A stretch of DNA of 39,382 nucleotides from Escherichia phage LL2. The number at the start of each line of letters is the position of its first letter. Position 1 is the first letter of the stretch. Positions 16,922 through 27,059 of this stretch are shown here, in pieces. Both the position numbers and the translations under genes were made by a program. The notes below the pieces were generated by a model. That model was given only the letters and a program-made list of their open reading frames with translations, had not been told where the DNA came from and searched no databases. The stretch is taken from sequence record NC_048063.1; one strand, 5' to 3'.

Positions 16922-17829
16922 GTTTGATTACCCTCAAAGACTTCGCTGAGATGCGCGAAGGCAAACCGATGGAGAAGGGCGTGCTGGTCATGGATGGTGA
17001 CTGGCTTGTGTATCAGTCGATGGCTGCTGCCGAAGTTGAGACGGATTGGGGAGACGACATTTGGACTCTGGAGTGTGACCACGCTAAGGCTCGTAGCATT
17101 CTTGATTCTGCAATCGAATCATACCGAACCCGCAAGAAGGCGTGGAGTGACGCTATGGTGGTTCTGGCGTTTACCGATGATGTTAACTGGCGTAAGGTGC
17201 TGGTCGATGAGACCTATAAGGAGAACCGCAAGGCGACCCGTAAGCCTGTTGGCTACCGTGACTTCCTGTCGAAGCTGTGGGAGCGCGATGAGTTCATTCA
17301 CATCAAAGAGGACATGCTGGAAGGTGATGACGTTATGGGCATCATTGGGTCTGGTCACGAGGTCTTCGGCTTCAAGAAGGCTGTGTTGGTCTCCTGTGAC
17401 AAGGACTTCAAGACTATACCGGACGTTGACTTCCTGTGGTGTACCACTGGTAACATCTTGACGCAGACCAAAGAGACCGCTGATTGGTGGCATCTCTTCC
17501 AGACCATCAAGGGTGATATGACTGATGGCTACTCCGGGATTCCCGGCTGGGGCGATACGGCAGAAGGTTTCCTGAATGACCCGTTCATTGTGGAGCCTGT
17601 AGAGTCCGTGTTGAAGTCTGGTAAGAACAAGGGGCAGACAGTAACCAAGTGGGTGAAGCGTGCTCCTGATGCGACTGAGACGCTGTGGGACTGCATTAAA
17701 TCCATTGGTGCCAAAGCTGGGATGACCGAGCAGGAAATCATCAAGCAAGGCCAGATGGCTCGCATTCTTCGCTTCGAGGAATACAACTACATTGACAAGG
17801 AGATTTACTTATGGACGCCGCGAAGCTGA
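16918..17829 (+). CDS. 6: 5'-3' exonuclease (gene 6)
   Basis: 303 aa; [13 protein letters not shown]..., [57 protein letters not shown] nearly identical to T7 gp6. Confidence 0.95.
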   Translation: MSLITLKDFAEMREGKPMEKGVLVMDGDWLVYQSMAAAEVETDWGDDIWTLECDHAKARSILDSAIESYRTRKKAWSDAMVVLAFTDDVNWRKVLVDETYKENRKATRKPVGYRDFLSKLWERDEFIHIKEDMLEGDDVMGIIGSGHEVFGFKKAVLVSCDKDFKTIPDVDFLWCTTGNILTQTKETADWWHLFQTIKGDMTDGYSGIPGWGDTAEGFLNDPFIVEPVESVLKSGKNKGQTVTKWVKRAPDATETLWDCIKSIGAKAGMTEQEIIKQGQMARILRFEEYNYIDKEIYLWTPRS

Positions 17830-17924
17830 TTACCATCGCTGTGCTGGTAGGTATGCTGGCGCGAGGTCTCTGGATGTTCGCTCTCATAGTCCGAGACGTG
17901 AAGCGAGACTCCGAGATTAAGTGA
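17811..17924 (+). CDS. Gene 6.3-position micro-ORF, 37-aa hydrophobic peptide
   Basis: [37 protein letters not shown]; AGGAG RBS; same length as T7 gp6.3; overlaps end of gene 6. Confidence 0.4.
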   Translation: MDAAKLITIAVLVGMLARGLWMFALIVRDVKRDSEIK

Positions 17925-17926
17925 TA

Positions 17927-17990
17927 AACTCAAGGCTCTCTGTATTAACCCTCACTAAAGGGAAGAGGGAGCCTTTATGATTATTACTTT
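17927..17990 (+). promoter_or_regulatory. RNase III-site hairpin (R6.5-like) with phage promoter phi6.5 (17943..17965, TATTAACCCTCACTAAAGGGAAG) embedded in its loop
   Basis: AACTCAAGGCTCTC...promoter...GAGGGAGCCTTTATGATTATTAC; T7 also has R6.5 and phi6.5 adjacent. Confidence 0.6.
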
Positions 17991-18016
17991 AAGACTTAAC
18001 CTTAAGAGGTGAAATT

Positions 18017-18262
18017 ATGTTACAACCGATTAATCATGTTTTAACTCATCCCGATGATATTCCTAGTATGCCTCGTGCAGCTAAAGAGTATCTACAGGTG
18101 CGCTTCAATCAGGCCTATGTGATTGAGTCCGGGGAGTACCGTGCGCTCCGCGCTGCGGGTTACTCTGAGTCTTTCATTGCTGGTGTGATGCATGGTCTGT
18201 ACCTTGCCTCTCGAACACTTGATGAGATTGAGGTGCGTAAAGAGCAACTGAGACAGGAGTAA
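18017..18262 (+). CDS. 6.5: Gene 6.5-like protein, 81 aa
   Basis: Position and size as T7 gene 6.5; RBS AAGAGGTG. Confidence 0.6.
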   Translation: MLQPINHVLTHPDDIPSMPRAAKEYLQVRFNQAYVIESGEYRALRAAGYSESFIAGVMHGLYLASRTLDEIEVRKEQLRQE

Positions 18263-18266
18263 TTAT

Positions 18267-18518
18267 ATGTGCTGGAAACCGAAGGTGAAAGTCCCTAAGA
18301 TGGACACTAACCAGATTCGCGCTGCCGAACCAGCACCTTTGACTGAACCACCTAAATCTGTGGTGTGGGGAGGCGATGACGATGAGGACACCAGCGTGTC
18401 TTCCTCTGAGGTTCCAACCACACAGAGTAGCGGTAAGAGCAGTCTTAAGGTAAAGCTGGATGACAGCGCAGCCAAGAACAAGAGTAAATCATCCATTCGC
18501 TCCAAGGCGTTTGGGTAA
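18267..18518 (+). CDS. 6.7: Gene 6.7-like virion protein, 83 aa
   Basis: Position and size as T7 gp6.7; Ser/Lys-rich. Confidence 0.6.
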   Translation: MCWKPKVKVPKMDTNQIRAAEPAPLTEPPKSVVWGGDDDEDTSVSSSEVPTTQSSGKSSLKVKLDDSAAKNKSKSSIRSKAFG

Positions 18519-18545
18519 CTGAGTCATAGCACAGGGAGAAACATC

Positions 18546-18899
18546 ATGGGATTCTTCAAGAAAATCAAGAAGTCTGTTACGAAAGTAGTGAGGGAAGTTA
18601 GTAGACCAGTCGAGAAGGTTGGTAAGGAAGTCGGTAAAGCCGTCGAGAAGGTTGGTAAGGAAGTCGGTAAAGCTGTTGGCGGGGCGCTGGGCGCTGGTAA
18701 GCAGGAGATTATCCAACAAGAGGCTACAGCACCAGTAGTGGCTGCGCCGCCTCCAGCACAGGTTGTGGATGTGCCTGAACAGGAGAAGGCTGAGGGTGAG
18801 GACGAGGCGCAAACCGAGAGTGCACGTAAGAAGGCCCGCTCTGGCGGTAAGAAGGCACTTAGCGTAGCTCGCAGTTCTGGCGGTGGAATCAATATCTGA
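18546..18899 (+). CDS. 7.3: Gene 7.3-like tail/adsorption protein, 117 aa, with internal 11-aa tandem repeat
   Basis: MGFFKKIKKSVTKVV... resembles T7 gp7.3 N-terminus; low-complexity Lys/Val/Gly/Ala-rich. Confidence 0.7.
   Translation: MGFFKKIKKSVTKVVREVSRPVEKVGKEVGKAVEKVGKEVGKAVGGALGAGKQEIIQQEATAPVVAAPPPAQVVDVPEQEKAEGEDEAQTESARKKARSGGKKALSVARSSGGGINI
18609..18674. repeat. Perfect 33-bp tandem duplication (2 copies) inside gene 7.3
   Basis: GTCGAGAAGGTTGGTAAGGAAGTCGGTAAAGC(C/T) occurs twice back-to-back, encoding VEKVGKEVGKA twice. Confidence 0.85.
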
Positions 18900-18909
18900 G
18901 GAGGACTGA

Positions 18910-20517
18910 ATGGCTGATTCAAAACGTACAGGATTGGGCGAAGACGGTGCTAAAGCTACCTATGACCGCCTAACTAACGACCGTAGAGCCTATGAGACTC
19001 GTGCGGAAAACTGTGCGCAATACACCATTCCGTCCTTGTTCCCGAAGGAGTCCGATAATGAATCTACCGACTACACGACTCCGTGGCAGGCTGTAGGTGC
19101 ACGGGGTCTTAACAATCTGGCCTCTAAATTAATGCTGGCACTATTCCCGATGCAGTCGTGGATGAAGCTGACCATTAGTGAATATGAGGCGAAGCAGCTT
19201 GTTGGAGACCCTGATGGACTCGCTAAGGTGGACGAAGGTCTGTCTATGGTTGAGCGTATTATCATGAATTATATCGAATCCAACAGCTACCGTGTGACAC
19301 TCTTTGAGTGCCTCAAGCAGTTGATAGTGGCAGGTAATGCACTGCTTTACTTACCGGAACCAGAAGGTATCTACAATCCGATGAAGCTGTACCGCTTGTC
19401 TTCTTATGTTGTCCAAAGAGACGCATACGGCAATGTGTTACAGATTGTCACTCGTGACCAGATAGCCTTTGGTGCTCTCCCGGAAGACGTTCGGTCTGCG
19501 GTAGAGAAAGCTGGTGGTGAGAAGAAGATGGACGAAATGGTCGATGTGTATACCCATGTGTATCTCGATGAAGAGTCCGGCGATTACCTCAAGTACGAGG
19601 AAGTAGAGGACGTTGAGATTGATGGCTCCGATGCCACCTATCCAACTGACGCTATGCCCTACATTCCGGTTCGCATGGTTCGCATTGATGGCGAGTCTTA
19701 CGGTCGCTCCTACTGTGAAGAATACTTAGGTGACTTAAGGTCGCTTGAGAATCTCCAAGAGGCTATCGTTAAGATGAGCATGATTAGTGCGAAGGTCATC
19801 GGTCTGGTCAACCCCGCTGGTATTACACAACCGCGTCGATTAACCAAGGCTCAGACTGGTGACTTCGTTCCGGGTCGTCGAGAAGATATTGACTTCCTGC
19901 AACTGGAGAAGCAAGCTGACTTTACAGTAGCAAAAGCTGTGAGTGACCAGATAGAAGCACGCTTATCGTATGCCTTTATGTTGAACTCTGCGGTACAGCG
20001 CACAGGTGAACGTGTGACCGCCGAAGAGATTCGATACGTTGCGTCAGAACTGGAAGATACGCTTGGTGGCGTCTATTCGATTCTGTCTCAAGAACTGCAA
20101 TTGCCTCTGGTTCGTGTGCTATTGAAGCAACTCCAAGCAACCTCGAAGATTCCTGAGCTACCAAAAGAAGCCGTTGAGCCTACTATCAGTACAGGTCTGG
20201 AAGCAATCGGGCGTGGTCAAGACCTCGATAAGCTGGAGCGCTGTATCTCCGCTTGGGCTGCTCTGGCTCCTATGCAGGGAGACCCGGACATTAACCTTGC
20301 TGTCATTAAGCTGCGCATTGCTAACGCCATTGGTATTGATACTTCTGGTATCCTACTGACGGACGAGCAGAAGCAAGCACTGATGATGCAGGATGCGGCT
20401 CAAACAGGTATCGAGAACGCTGCCGCCACTGGTGGGGCTGGTGTGGGTGCTCTAGCGACCTCAAGTCCAGAAGCTATGCAGGGTGCAGCAGCACAGGCTG
20501 GCCTAGACGCCACCTAA
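18910..20517 (+). CDS. 8: Portal (head-tail connector) protein (gene 8)
   Basis: 535 aa versus 536 in T7; position before scaffold and capsid; RBS GAGGAGG. Confidence 0.93.
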   Translation: MADSKRTGLGEDGAKATYDRLTNDRRAYETRAENCAQYTIPSLFPKESDNESTDYTTPWQAVGARGLNNLASKLMLALFPMQSWMKLTISEYEAKQLVGDPDGLAKVDEGLSMVERIIMNYIESNSYRVTLFECLKQLIVAGNALLYLPEPEGIYNPMKLYRLSSYVVQRDAYGNVLQIVTRDQIAFGALPEDVRSAVEKAGGEKKMDEMVDVYTHVYLDEESGDYLKYEEVEDVEIDGSDATYPTDAMPYIPVRMVRIDGESYGRSYCEEYLGDLRSLENLQEAIVKMSMISAKVIGLVNPAGITQPRRLTKAQTGDFVPGRREDIDFLQLEKQADFTVAKAVSDQIEARLSYAFMLNSAVQRTGERVTAEEIRYVASELEDTLGGVYSILSQELQLPLVRVLLKQLQATSKIPELPKEAVEPTISTGLEAIGRGQDLDKLERCISAWAALAPMQGDPDINLAVIKLRIANAIGIDTSGILLTDEQKQALMMQDAAQTGIENAAATGGAGVGALATSSPEAMQGAAAQAGLDAT

Positions 20518-20537
20518 TAACCCTCACTAAAGGGAGA
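20515..20537 (+). promoter_or_regulatory. Phage RNAP promoter (phi9-like) TAATAACCCTCACTAAAGGGAGA
   Basis: Consensus match; overlaps gene 8 stop. Confidence 0.75.
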
Positions 20538-20618
20538 CCTCATCTTTGAAATGAGCGATGACTAAAGGTTGGAGTCCTTTGGTTTCCCTTTATCTTTAAC
20601 AACTTAGGAGATTTAACA

Positions 20619-21551
20619 ATGGCTGAATCCAATGCAGACGTTTATGCGTCCTTCGGTGTGAACAACGCTGTAATGACAGGAAGCACACCTACTGAACACG
20701 AACAGAATATGCTGAGTCTCGATGTTGCTGCCCGTGATGGCGATGATGCAATCGTACTTAGCGAGGAACCGAGTTTTCATAACGATGACCCTTATGCGGC
20801 TGGTGAAGGCCCATTCGCTGATGGCGAGGATGATGAGGGCCGTATTCAGGTTCGTATCAGTGAAGATGGTAATGAAGCTGAGTTCGACACTGGTAGCGAT
20901 AGCGCTGAGGTGGAGACCGGAGGTGATGACGTTGAGTTTGAGCCGCTGGGCGACACTCCAGAAGAACTGAGCCAAGTGACTGAACAATTAGGTCAGCACG
21001 AAGAGGGCTTTCAGGCGATGGTCGAGCAGGCCGTTGAGCGTGGACTGAGCGCAGACTCTGTGACCCGAATCTACGAAGAGTACGAAGCCGATGGTATCTC
21101 TGAGAAATCCTATGCGGAACTCGAAGCTGCTGGATATAGCCGTGCCTTTGTGGACTCCTACATCTCCGGTCAGGAAGCCATTGTAGACCAGTACGTCAAT
21201 CAGGTAGTTGCCTTTGCTGGTGGTAAGGAGCGCTTTAGCGCAATCCATACGCACCTTGAAGCAACCAACCCGGCTGCGGCTGAGTCCCTTGAGGCTGCCA
21301 TGATGAACCGAGACTTGGCGACTATCAAAGCGATTATCAATCTGGCTGGTGAGAGTTACACGAAGAAATTCGGTAAGCCTGCCAACCGTAGTGTTACCAA
21401 GCGTGCTACTCCGGTTAAACCGGTAGCTCGTCAGAAAGAGGGCTTTACGAATCAGGCTGAGATGATTAAAGCTATGAGTGACCCGCGTTACCGTAGTGAT
21501 GCTGCCTACCGTCAAATGATAGAACAGAAGGTTATCGACTCCAGTTTCTAA
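20619..21551 (+). CDS. 9: Capsid assembly scaffolding protein (gene 9)
   Basis: 310 aa, highly acidic, immediately upstream of major capsid gene; size matches T7 gp9. Confidence 0.88.
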   Translation: MAESNADVYASFGVNNAVMTGSTPTEHEQNMLSLDVAARDGDDAIVLSEEPSFHNDDPYAAGEGPFADGEDDEGRIQVRISEDGNEAEFDTGSDSAEVETGGDDVEFEPLGDTPEELSQVTEQLGQHEEGFQAMVEQAVERGLSADSVTRIYEEYEADGISEKSYAELEAAGYSRAFVDSYISGQEAIVDQYVNQVVAFAGGKERFSAIHTHLEATNPAAAESLEAAMMNRDLATIKAIINLAGESYTKKFGKPANRSVTKRATPVKPVARQKEGFTNQAEMIKAMSDPRYRSDAAYRQMIEQKVIDSSF

Positions 21552-21572
21552 TTAACCCTCACTAAAGGGAGA
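21550..21572 (+). promoter_or_regulatory. Phage RNAP promoter (phi10-like), perfect consensus AATTAACCCTCACTAAAGGGAGA
   Basis: Exact 23/23 consensus before the capsid gene. Confidence 0.85.
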
Positions 21573-21707
21573 GACCATAGATGACTACAATGGTTGAATC
21601 ACCTGAGCACAGAACTTTGTGGTCACTCCCGTAGGTGAAACATTGAGAACCAGCTCGATTCAAGTAGTAACCAAACTTTTCTTTAAATTAACATAAGGAG
21701 ATTCAAC

Positions 21708-22754
21708 ATGGCTAACATTCAAGGCGGACAGCAAATTGGTACTAATCAGGGTAAGGGTCAGTCCGCAGCGGACAAATTGGCGCTGTTCCTGAAAGTGTTC
21801 GGCGGTGAAGTCCTGACGGCTTTCGCTCGCACCTCCGTGACCATGCCTCGTCATATGCTGCGCTCTATTGCTTCTGGTAAGTCCGCACAGTTCCCTGTGA
21901 TTGGTCGCACCAAAGCTGCTTACCTGAAACCGGGTGAGAACCTCGATGACAAACGTAAGGATATCAAACACACCGAGAAGGTAATCCTCATTGATGGCCT
22001 GCTGACTGCGGACGTTCTGATTTACGATATTGAGGATGCGATGAACCACTACGACGTTCGCGCTGAGTACACCGCACAGTTGGGTGAATCTCTGGCGATG
22101 GCGGCTGATGGTGCTGTACTGGCTGAACTGGCTGGTCTTGTTAACCTGCCTGACGACTCCAATGAGAACATCGAGGGTCTCGGTAAGCCTACCGTACTGA
22201 CTCTGGTTAAGCCGAAAACTGGCGACCTGACTGACCCGGTTGAGCTGGGTAAAGCGATTATTGCTCAGTTGACTATCGCTCGTGCATCTCTGACCAAGAA
22301 CTACGTTCCTGCTGCTGACCGAACCTTCTACACCACTCCTGATAACTACTCTGCGATTCTGGCTGCCCTGATGCCGAACGCTGCAAACTATCAGGCACTG
22401 CTCGACCCTGAGCGCGGTACTATCCGTAACGTGATGGGCTTCGAAGTGGTTGAGGTTCCGCACCTGACCGCTGGTGGCGCTGGTGGTACCCGTGAGGATG
22501 CCCCGGCTGACCAGAAGCACGCTTTCCCGGCTACTTCCAGCACTACCGTTAAGGTTGCTCTGGATAACGTTGTTGGCCTGTTCCAGCACCGCTCTGCGGT
22601 TGGTACGGTCAAACTGAAAGACTTGGCTCTGGAGCGTGCTCGTCGTGCGAACTATCAGGCTGACCAGATTATCGCTAAATATGCGATGGGTCACGGCGGT
22701 CTGCGTCCAGAAGCTGCCGGTGCAATCGTGATGCCAAAGACTCCGAAGGCTTAA
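21708..22754 (+). CDS. 10A: Major capsid protein 10A (gene 10)
   Basis: 348 aa; between scaffold and T-phi terminator; strong RBS AAGGAG; size close to T7 gp10A (345 aa). Confidence 0.96.
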   Translation: MANIQGGQQIGTNQGKGQSAADKLALFLKVFGGEVLTAFARTSVTMPRHMLRSIASGKSAQFPVIGRTKAAYLKPGENLDDKRKDIKHTEKVILIDGLLTADVLIYDIEDAMNHYDVRAEYTAQLGESLAMAADGAVLAELAGLVNLPDDSNENIEGLGKPTVLTLVKPKTGDLTDPVELGKAIIAQLTIARASLTKNYVPAADRTFYTTPDNYSAILAALMPNAANYQALLDPERGTIRNVMGFEVVEVPHLTAGGAGGTREDAPADQKHAFPATSSTTVKVALDNVVGLFQHRSAVGTVKLKDLALERARRANYQADQIIAKYAMGHGGLRPEAAGAIVMPKTPKA

Positions 22755-22888
22755 TGGTAGCGCCTTTGAGTATGAACGCGGAGAGTGAAGTGGAGCTGAC
22801 CCAAGAGGTAGCATCCGAAGTAGCTCTCACGCCTCAACAGAAGGCCGCCATTACTCGTGCTCGTAACAAGGCACTTAAGTCTCAATAA
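22751..22888 (+). other. 10B: -1 frame extension of capsid gene producing minor capsid protein 10B by programmed frameshift
   Basis: The -1 frame stays open for 45 codons past the 10A stop (..LMVAPLSMNAESEVELTQEVASEVALTPQQKAAITRARNKALKSQ) and ends just before T-phi; T7/T3 make 10B this way. Confidence 0.5.
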
Positions 22889-22893
22889 TATGC

Positions 22894-22936
22894 AAACCCC
22901 TTGGGTTCCCTCTTTGGGAGTCTGAGGGGTTTTTTG
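22894..22936 (+). terminator. T-phi late transcription terminator
   Basis: AAACCCCTTGGGTTCCCTCTTTGGGAGTCTGAGGGGTTTTTTG: long GC stem with G-U pairs followed by T6, nearly identical to T7/T3 T-phi. Confidence 0.85.
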
Positions 22937-22959
22937 CTTTAACCCTCACTAACAGGAGG
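22937..22959 (+). promoter_or_regulatory. Phage RNAP promoter (phi11-like) CTTTAACCCTCACTAACAGGAGG
   Basis: Core match; divergent upstream AT element. Confidence 0.6.
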
Positions 22960-22966
22960 TAACATC

Positions 22967-23557
22967 ATGCGCTCTTATGAGATGAACATTGAGACCGCAG
23001 AAGAGCTATCAGCCGTCAACGACATTCTGGCTTCCATCGGTGAGCCACCAGTATCGACCCTTGAGGGAGATGCGAATGCTGACGTTGCGAATGCTCGACG
23101 TGTGCTCAACAAGATTAACCGACAGATTCAGTCACGAGGATGGACATTCAACATCGAAGAGGGCGTTACTCTTCTACCGGATGCGTTCTCTGGTATGATT
23201 CCATTTAGCTCTGACTATCTGTCCGTAATGGCAACCAGCGGTCAGACCCAATATATAAACCGTGGTGGCTATCTCTATGACCGCTCTGCGAAGACCGACA
23301 GATTCCCTTCTGGTGTTCAGGTCAATCTGATTCGTCTGAGAGAGTTCGATGAGATGCCTGAGTGCTTCCGTAACTACATCGTCACCAAGGCTTCCCGTCA
23401 GTTCAACAACCGATTCTTCGGTGCGCCGGAGGTTGATGGGGTGCTCCAAGAAGAAGAACAGGAAGCGTGGCGTGCGTGCTTCGAGTACGAACTAGACTAC
23501 GGCAACTACAACATGCTGGACGGTGACGCATTCACCTCTGGTCTACTTAACCGCTAA
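22967..23557 (+). CDS. 11: Tail tubular protein A (gene 11)
   Basis: 196 aa, identical length to T7 gp11; position after T-phi. Confidence 0.9.
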   Translation: MRSYEMNIETAEELSAVNDILASIGEPPVSTLEGDANADVANARRVLNKINRQIQSRGWTFNIEEGVTLLPDAFSGMIPFSSDYLSVMATSGQTQYINRGGYLYDRSAKTDRFPSGVQVNLIRLREFDEMPECFRNYIVTKASRQFNNRFFGAPEVDGVLQEEEQEAWRACFEYELDYGNYNMLDGDAFTSGLLNR

Positions 23558-23572
23558 TCATAAGGAGGCTCT

Positions 23573-25978
23573 ATGGCTCTCATTAGCCAATCAATCAAAA
23601 ACCTCAAGGGTGGTATCAGCCAACAGCCAGATATTCTCCGGTTCGCTGAACAAGGTAGCGTGCAGATTAACGGTTGGTCTTCTGAGTCCGAGGGTCTCCA
23701 GAAGCGCCCACCAATGATTCACCTTAAGACCCTTGGCCCTGCTGGGTATGTGGGTGCGCAACCTTACGTGCATCTTATCAACCGTGATGAGTTCGAGCAG
23801 TATTTTGTTGTGTTCACTGGTGAAGACATTAAGGTATTCGACCTCGACGGTAAGGAGTACCAAGTACGTGGAGACCGCTCATATGTACGCACAGCTAACC
23901 CACGGGAAGACCTTCGGATGGTAACGGTGGCTGACTACACCTTTGTGACCAACCGTAAGGTGGTTGTGCAGAGTAATGACCACTCGGTCAACCTTCCGGG
24001 CTTTAAAGACCAAGGCGATGCATTAATCAACGTTCGTGGTGGGCAGTATGGGCGTAGACTCTCAATCGAGTTCAACGGGGCTGAGCGTGCTGCTGTACAA
24101 CTACCAGACGGCTCACAACCAGCACACGTCAATGAGGTTGACGGTCAGGTCATCGCTGAGAAGCTGGCGGCTCAGTTGCGGAATAACCTAGGGAACCCCA
24201 ACAATGCACAAGACCCAAATAAGTGGCGGTTCAATGTTGGCCCCGGATTCATCCATATCATTGCACCAAATAATGATAACGTTTGGGGATTACAGACTAA
24301 GGATGGTTACGCAGACCAGCTAATCAACCCTGTAACCCATTACTCTCAGTCGTTCCAGAAGCTGCCTATTAACGCGCCAGACGGGTACATTGTGAAGATT
24401 GTAGGTGACACCTCCAAGACTGCCGACCAGTATTACGTTAGGTTCGACCTCAACCGTAAGGTATGGGTAGAAACAATCGGCTGGAACACAAGGACTCACC
24501 TACACTACCACACGATGCCTTGGGCGCTGGTACGTGCTTCTGACGGGAACTTTGACTTCAAGTACCTTGAGTGGGGTGCTCGTACTGTGGGTGATGATAC
24601 AACTAACCCATACCCATCGTTTACCGGACAGACAATCAACGATATTTTCTTCTTCCGTAACCGTTTAGGCTTCCTTAGTGGGGAGAACATCATCTTGTCT
24701 CGCACCTCGAAATACTTCAACTTCTTCCCGGCCTCCGTGTCAAACTACTCCGACGATGACCCAATCGACGTTGCGGTTAGCCACAACCGGGTGTCAACCT
24801 TGAAGTATGCCGTTCCGTTCTCCGAAGAGTTGCTCCTATGGTCTGACCAAGCGCAGTTCGTTCTGACAGCCTCTGGTATACTTTCGAGTCGCTCCGTAGA
24901 GTTGAACCTTACGACTCAGTTTGATGTACAAGACAGGGCGCGACCACATGGTGTGGGACGTAATGTATACTTTGCGTCACCTCGCGCTTCCTTCACATCC
25001 ATTAACCGATACTATGCGGTACAGGATGTAAGCTCTGTGAAGAACGCAGAGGACATGACGGCTCACGTTCCGAACTACATACCGAATGGCGTATTCAGTA
25101 TATCGGGTACAACCGCTGAGAACTTCGCGGCTATCCTTACTAGCGGAGCACCTAACCGAGTGTATATCTACAAGTTCCTCTATATTGATGAGGAAATCAG
25201 GCAGCAGTCGTGGTCTCATTGGGACTTTGGGGACAACGTTACAGTGTTTGCAGCACAGGTCATAAACTCAACAATGACAGTATTGATGAGCAATGAACAT
25301 GCTGTGTGGATGGGGCGCTTACACTTCACGAAGGACTCCATAGACCTTCCGGGAGAGCCTTACAGATTATACATCGACGCTAAGAGGAAATACACCATCC
25401 CTGCCGGGACGTATAATGATGATACCTACCAGACGCCCATAAGCCTCGCAGCGATTTATGGGATGAACTTCACTAAGGGTAGAGTGTCTGTGGTCTTCCC
25501 TGATGGAAAGATTATAGAGGTAGACCAGCCAATCAACGGTTGGAGCAGTGACCCGGTGTTACGACTTGATGGGAACCAAGAGGGCCAAGTGGTTTACATT
25601 GGGTTCAACATCCCATTCACGTATACGTTCTCGAAGTTCCTCATTAAGAAGACTGCTGAGGACGGCTCGACGGCTACCGAGGATATTGGTCGCTTACAGC
25701 TTCGGCGTGCGTGGGTAAACTATGAGGACTCTGGAGCGTTCACCATCCGCGTGAACAACCTGTCCCGTGAGTTCATCTACACAATGGCTGGTGCTCGCTT
25801 GGGTTCTGACAATCTGCGTGTTGGCAGGTCGAACATTGGCACAGGGCAGTACCGCTTCCCGGTTGTTGGAAACGCTCAGACGAACATAGTAACTATCGAG
25901 TCAGACGCATCAACCCCACTGAACATCATTGGGTGCGGCTGGGAGGGTAACTACCTTCGTCGTTCTTCTGGCATTTAA
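23573..25978 (+). CDS. 12: Tail tubular protein B (gene 12)
   Basis: 801 aa versus 794 in T7; MALISQSIKNLKGGISQQPDILR... matches T7 gp12 N-terminus. Confidence 0.93.
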   Translation: MALISQSIKNLKGGISQQPDILRFAEQGSVQINGWSSESEGLQKRPPMIHLKTLGPAGYVGAQPYVHLINRDEFEQYFVVFTGEDIKVFDLDGKEYQVRGDRSYVRTANPREDLRMVTVADYTFVTNRKVVVQSNDHSVNLPGFKDQGDALINVRGGQYGRRLSIEFNGAERAAVQLPDGSQPAHVNEVDGQVIAEKLAAQLRNNLGNPNNAQDPNKWRFNVGPGFIHIIAPNNDNVWGLQTKDGYADQLINPVTHYSQSFQKLPINAPDGYIVKIVGDTSKTADQYYVRFDLNRKVWVETIGWNTRTHLHYHTMPWALVRASDGNFDFKYLEWGARTVGDDTTNPYPSFTGQTINDIFFFRNRLGFLSGENIILSRTSKYFNFFPASVSNYSDDDPIDVAVSHNRVSTLKYAVPFSEELLLWSDQAQFVLTASGILSSRSVELNLTTQFDVQDRARPHGVGRNVYFASPRASFTSINRYYAVQDVSSVKNAEDMTAHVPNYIPNGVFSISGTTAENFAAILTSGAPNRVYIYKFLYIDEEIRQQSWSHWDFGDNVTVFAAQVINSTMTVLMSNEHAVWMGRLHFTKDSIDLPGEPYRLYIDAKRKYTIPAGTYNDDTYQTPISLAAIYGMNFTKGRVSVVFPDGKIIEVDQPINGWSSDPVLRLDGNQEGQVVYIGFNIPFTYTFSKFLIKKTAEDGSTATEDIGRLQLRRAWVNYEDSGAFTIRVNNLSREFIYTMAGARLGSDNLRVGRSNIGTGQYRFPVVGNAQTNIVTIESDASTPLNIIGCGWEGNYLRRSSGI

Positions 25979-25998
25979 CTTAAAGTCTCCCTGTGGTG

Positions 25999-26021
25999 AA
26001 TTAACCCTCACTAAAGGGAGA
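25999..26021 (+). promoter_or_regulatory. Phage RNAP promoter (phi13-like), perfect consensus
   Basis: AATTAACCCTCACTAAAGGGAGA. Confidence 0.85.
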
Positions 26022-26050
26022 CACTAATAGATACGAGGGGTTAAAGCATT

Positions 26051-26461
26051 ATGTACATTACAAAGTGTTTACAAATCCATGCCGACAACTTTCAGCCGTC
26101 CATAGAGGACATTCTGGAAGCTGAGGCACTAGGTGTTGAACCAAAGGTAATTCCTGATGAGAACACTGTGGCAATGCTTAGCGATAACGCTGTGTTGGCA
26201 ATTGGTGGCAATCAGGGAGACCGAGTGTGGTTCCTTACCTCTAAGTACGTCCCACTGTTTACCTTGAAGGAGCGCTTAGAGTTTCGTAGACTTATCATTG
26301 AATATCGTGATATGATGCTGAGCCAGTACGAGTCCATTTGGAATTTCGTTTGGGTAGGCAATAAGTCACACATTCGTTTCCTAAAGACCATAGGCGCGGT
26401 ATTCCATAATGAGTTTACCGCTGATGGTCAATTCCAATTATTCACTATCAGTAGGAGGTAA
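26051..26461 (+). CDS. 13: Internal virion protein A (gene 13)
   Basis: 136 aa; position and size as T7 gp13. Confidence 0.75.
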   Translation: MYITKCLQIHADNFQPSIEDILEAEALGVEPKVIPDENTVAMLSDNAVLAIGGNQGDRVWFLTSKYVPLFTLKERLEFRRLIIEYRDMMLSQYESIWNFVWVGNKSHIRFLKTIGAVFHNEFTADGQFQLFTISRR

Positions 26462-26463
26462 CT

Positions 26464-27057
26464 ATGTGCTGGATGGCAGCGATTCCTATTGCCATGATGG
26501 GTGCCCAAGCTCTAAGTAGCCAGAACAGTGCTGACAAGGCGCGCGTGGCACAGACAGAAGCTGGACGCCGACAGGCAATTGAGATGGTCAAAGAGATGAA
26601 TATCCAGAATGCCAACGCCTCGCTTGAACAACGGGACGCCCTTGAAGCTGCATCCTCTGAGTTGACTTCACGTAGCATGAAGAAGGTACAGGCTATGGGA
26701 ACCATCCGTGCAGCGATTGGTGAGGGTATGCTCGAAGGTGAATCCATGAAGCGCATCAAGCGTATCGAAGAAGGTAACTACATTCGGGAGGCAAATAGTG
26801 TCACCGAGAATTACCGCCGAGACTACGCGAGTATCTTTGCTCAACAGTTGGGACGCACTCAGTCAACAGCAAGTCAAGTTGATGCAATGTACAAGAGCGA
26901 GGCAAAAGGTAAGTCTGGTCTGATGCGTGTACTAGACCCTCTGTCCATTATGGGTCAGGAAGCTGCAAGTCAATATGCGGCTGGTGGATTTGACAAGAAA
27001 GGTGGAAACCAAGCAGCACCTATCAGTGCCGCCAAAGGAACCAAGACCGGGAGGTAA
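26464..27057 (+). CDS. 14: Internal virion (core) protein B (gene 14)
   Basis: 197 aa versus 196 in T7; AGGAGG RBS. Confidence 0.8.
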   Translation: MCWMAAIPIAMMGAQALSSQNSADKARVAQTEAGRRQAIEMVKEMNIQNANASLEQRDALEAASSELTSRSMKKVQAMGTIRAAIGEGMLEGESMKRIKRIEEGNYIREANSVTENYRRDYASIFAQQLGRTQSTASQVDAMYKSEAKGKSGLMRVLDPLSIMGQEAASQYAAGGFDKKGGNQAAPISAAKGTKTGR

Positions 27058-27059
27058 TA

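Noticed and set aside
21660-22814. 384-aa ORF on the minus strand
   Set aside because: Antisense shadow of the major capsid gene 10A; low-complexity translation; no promoter in that orientation.
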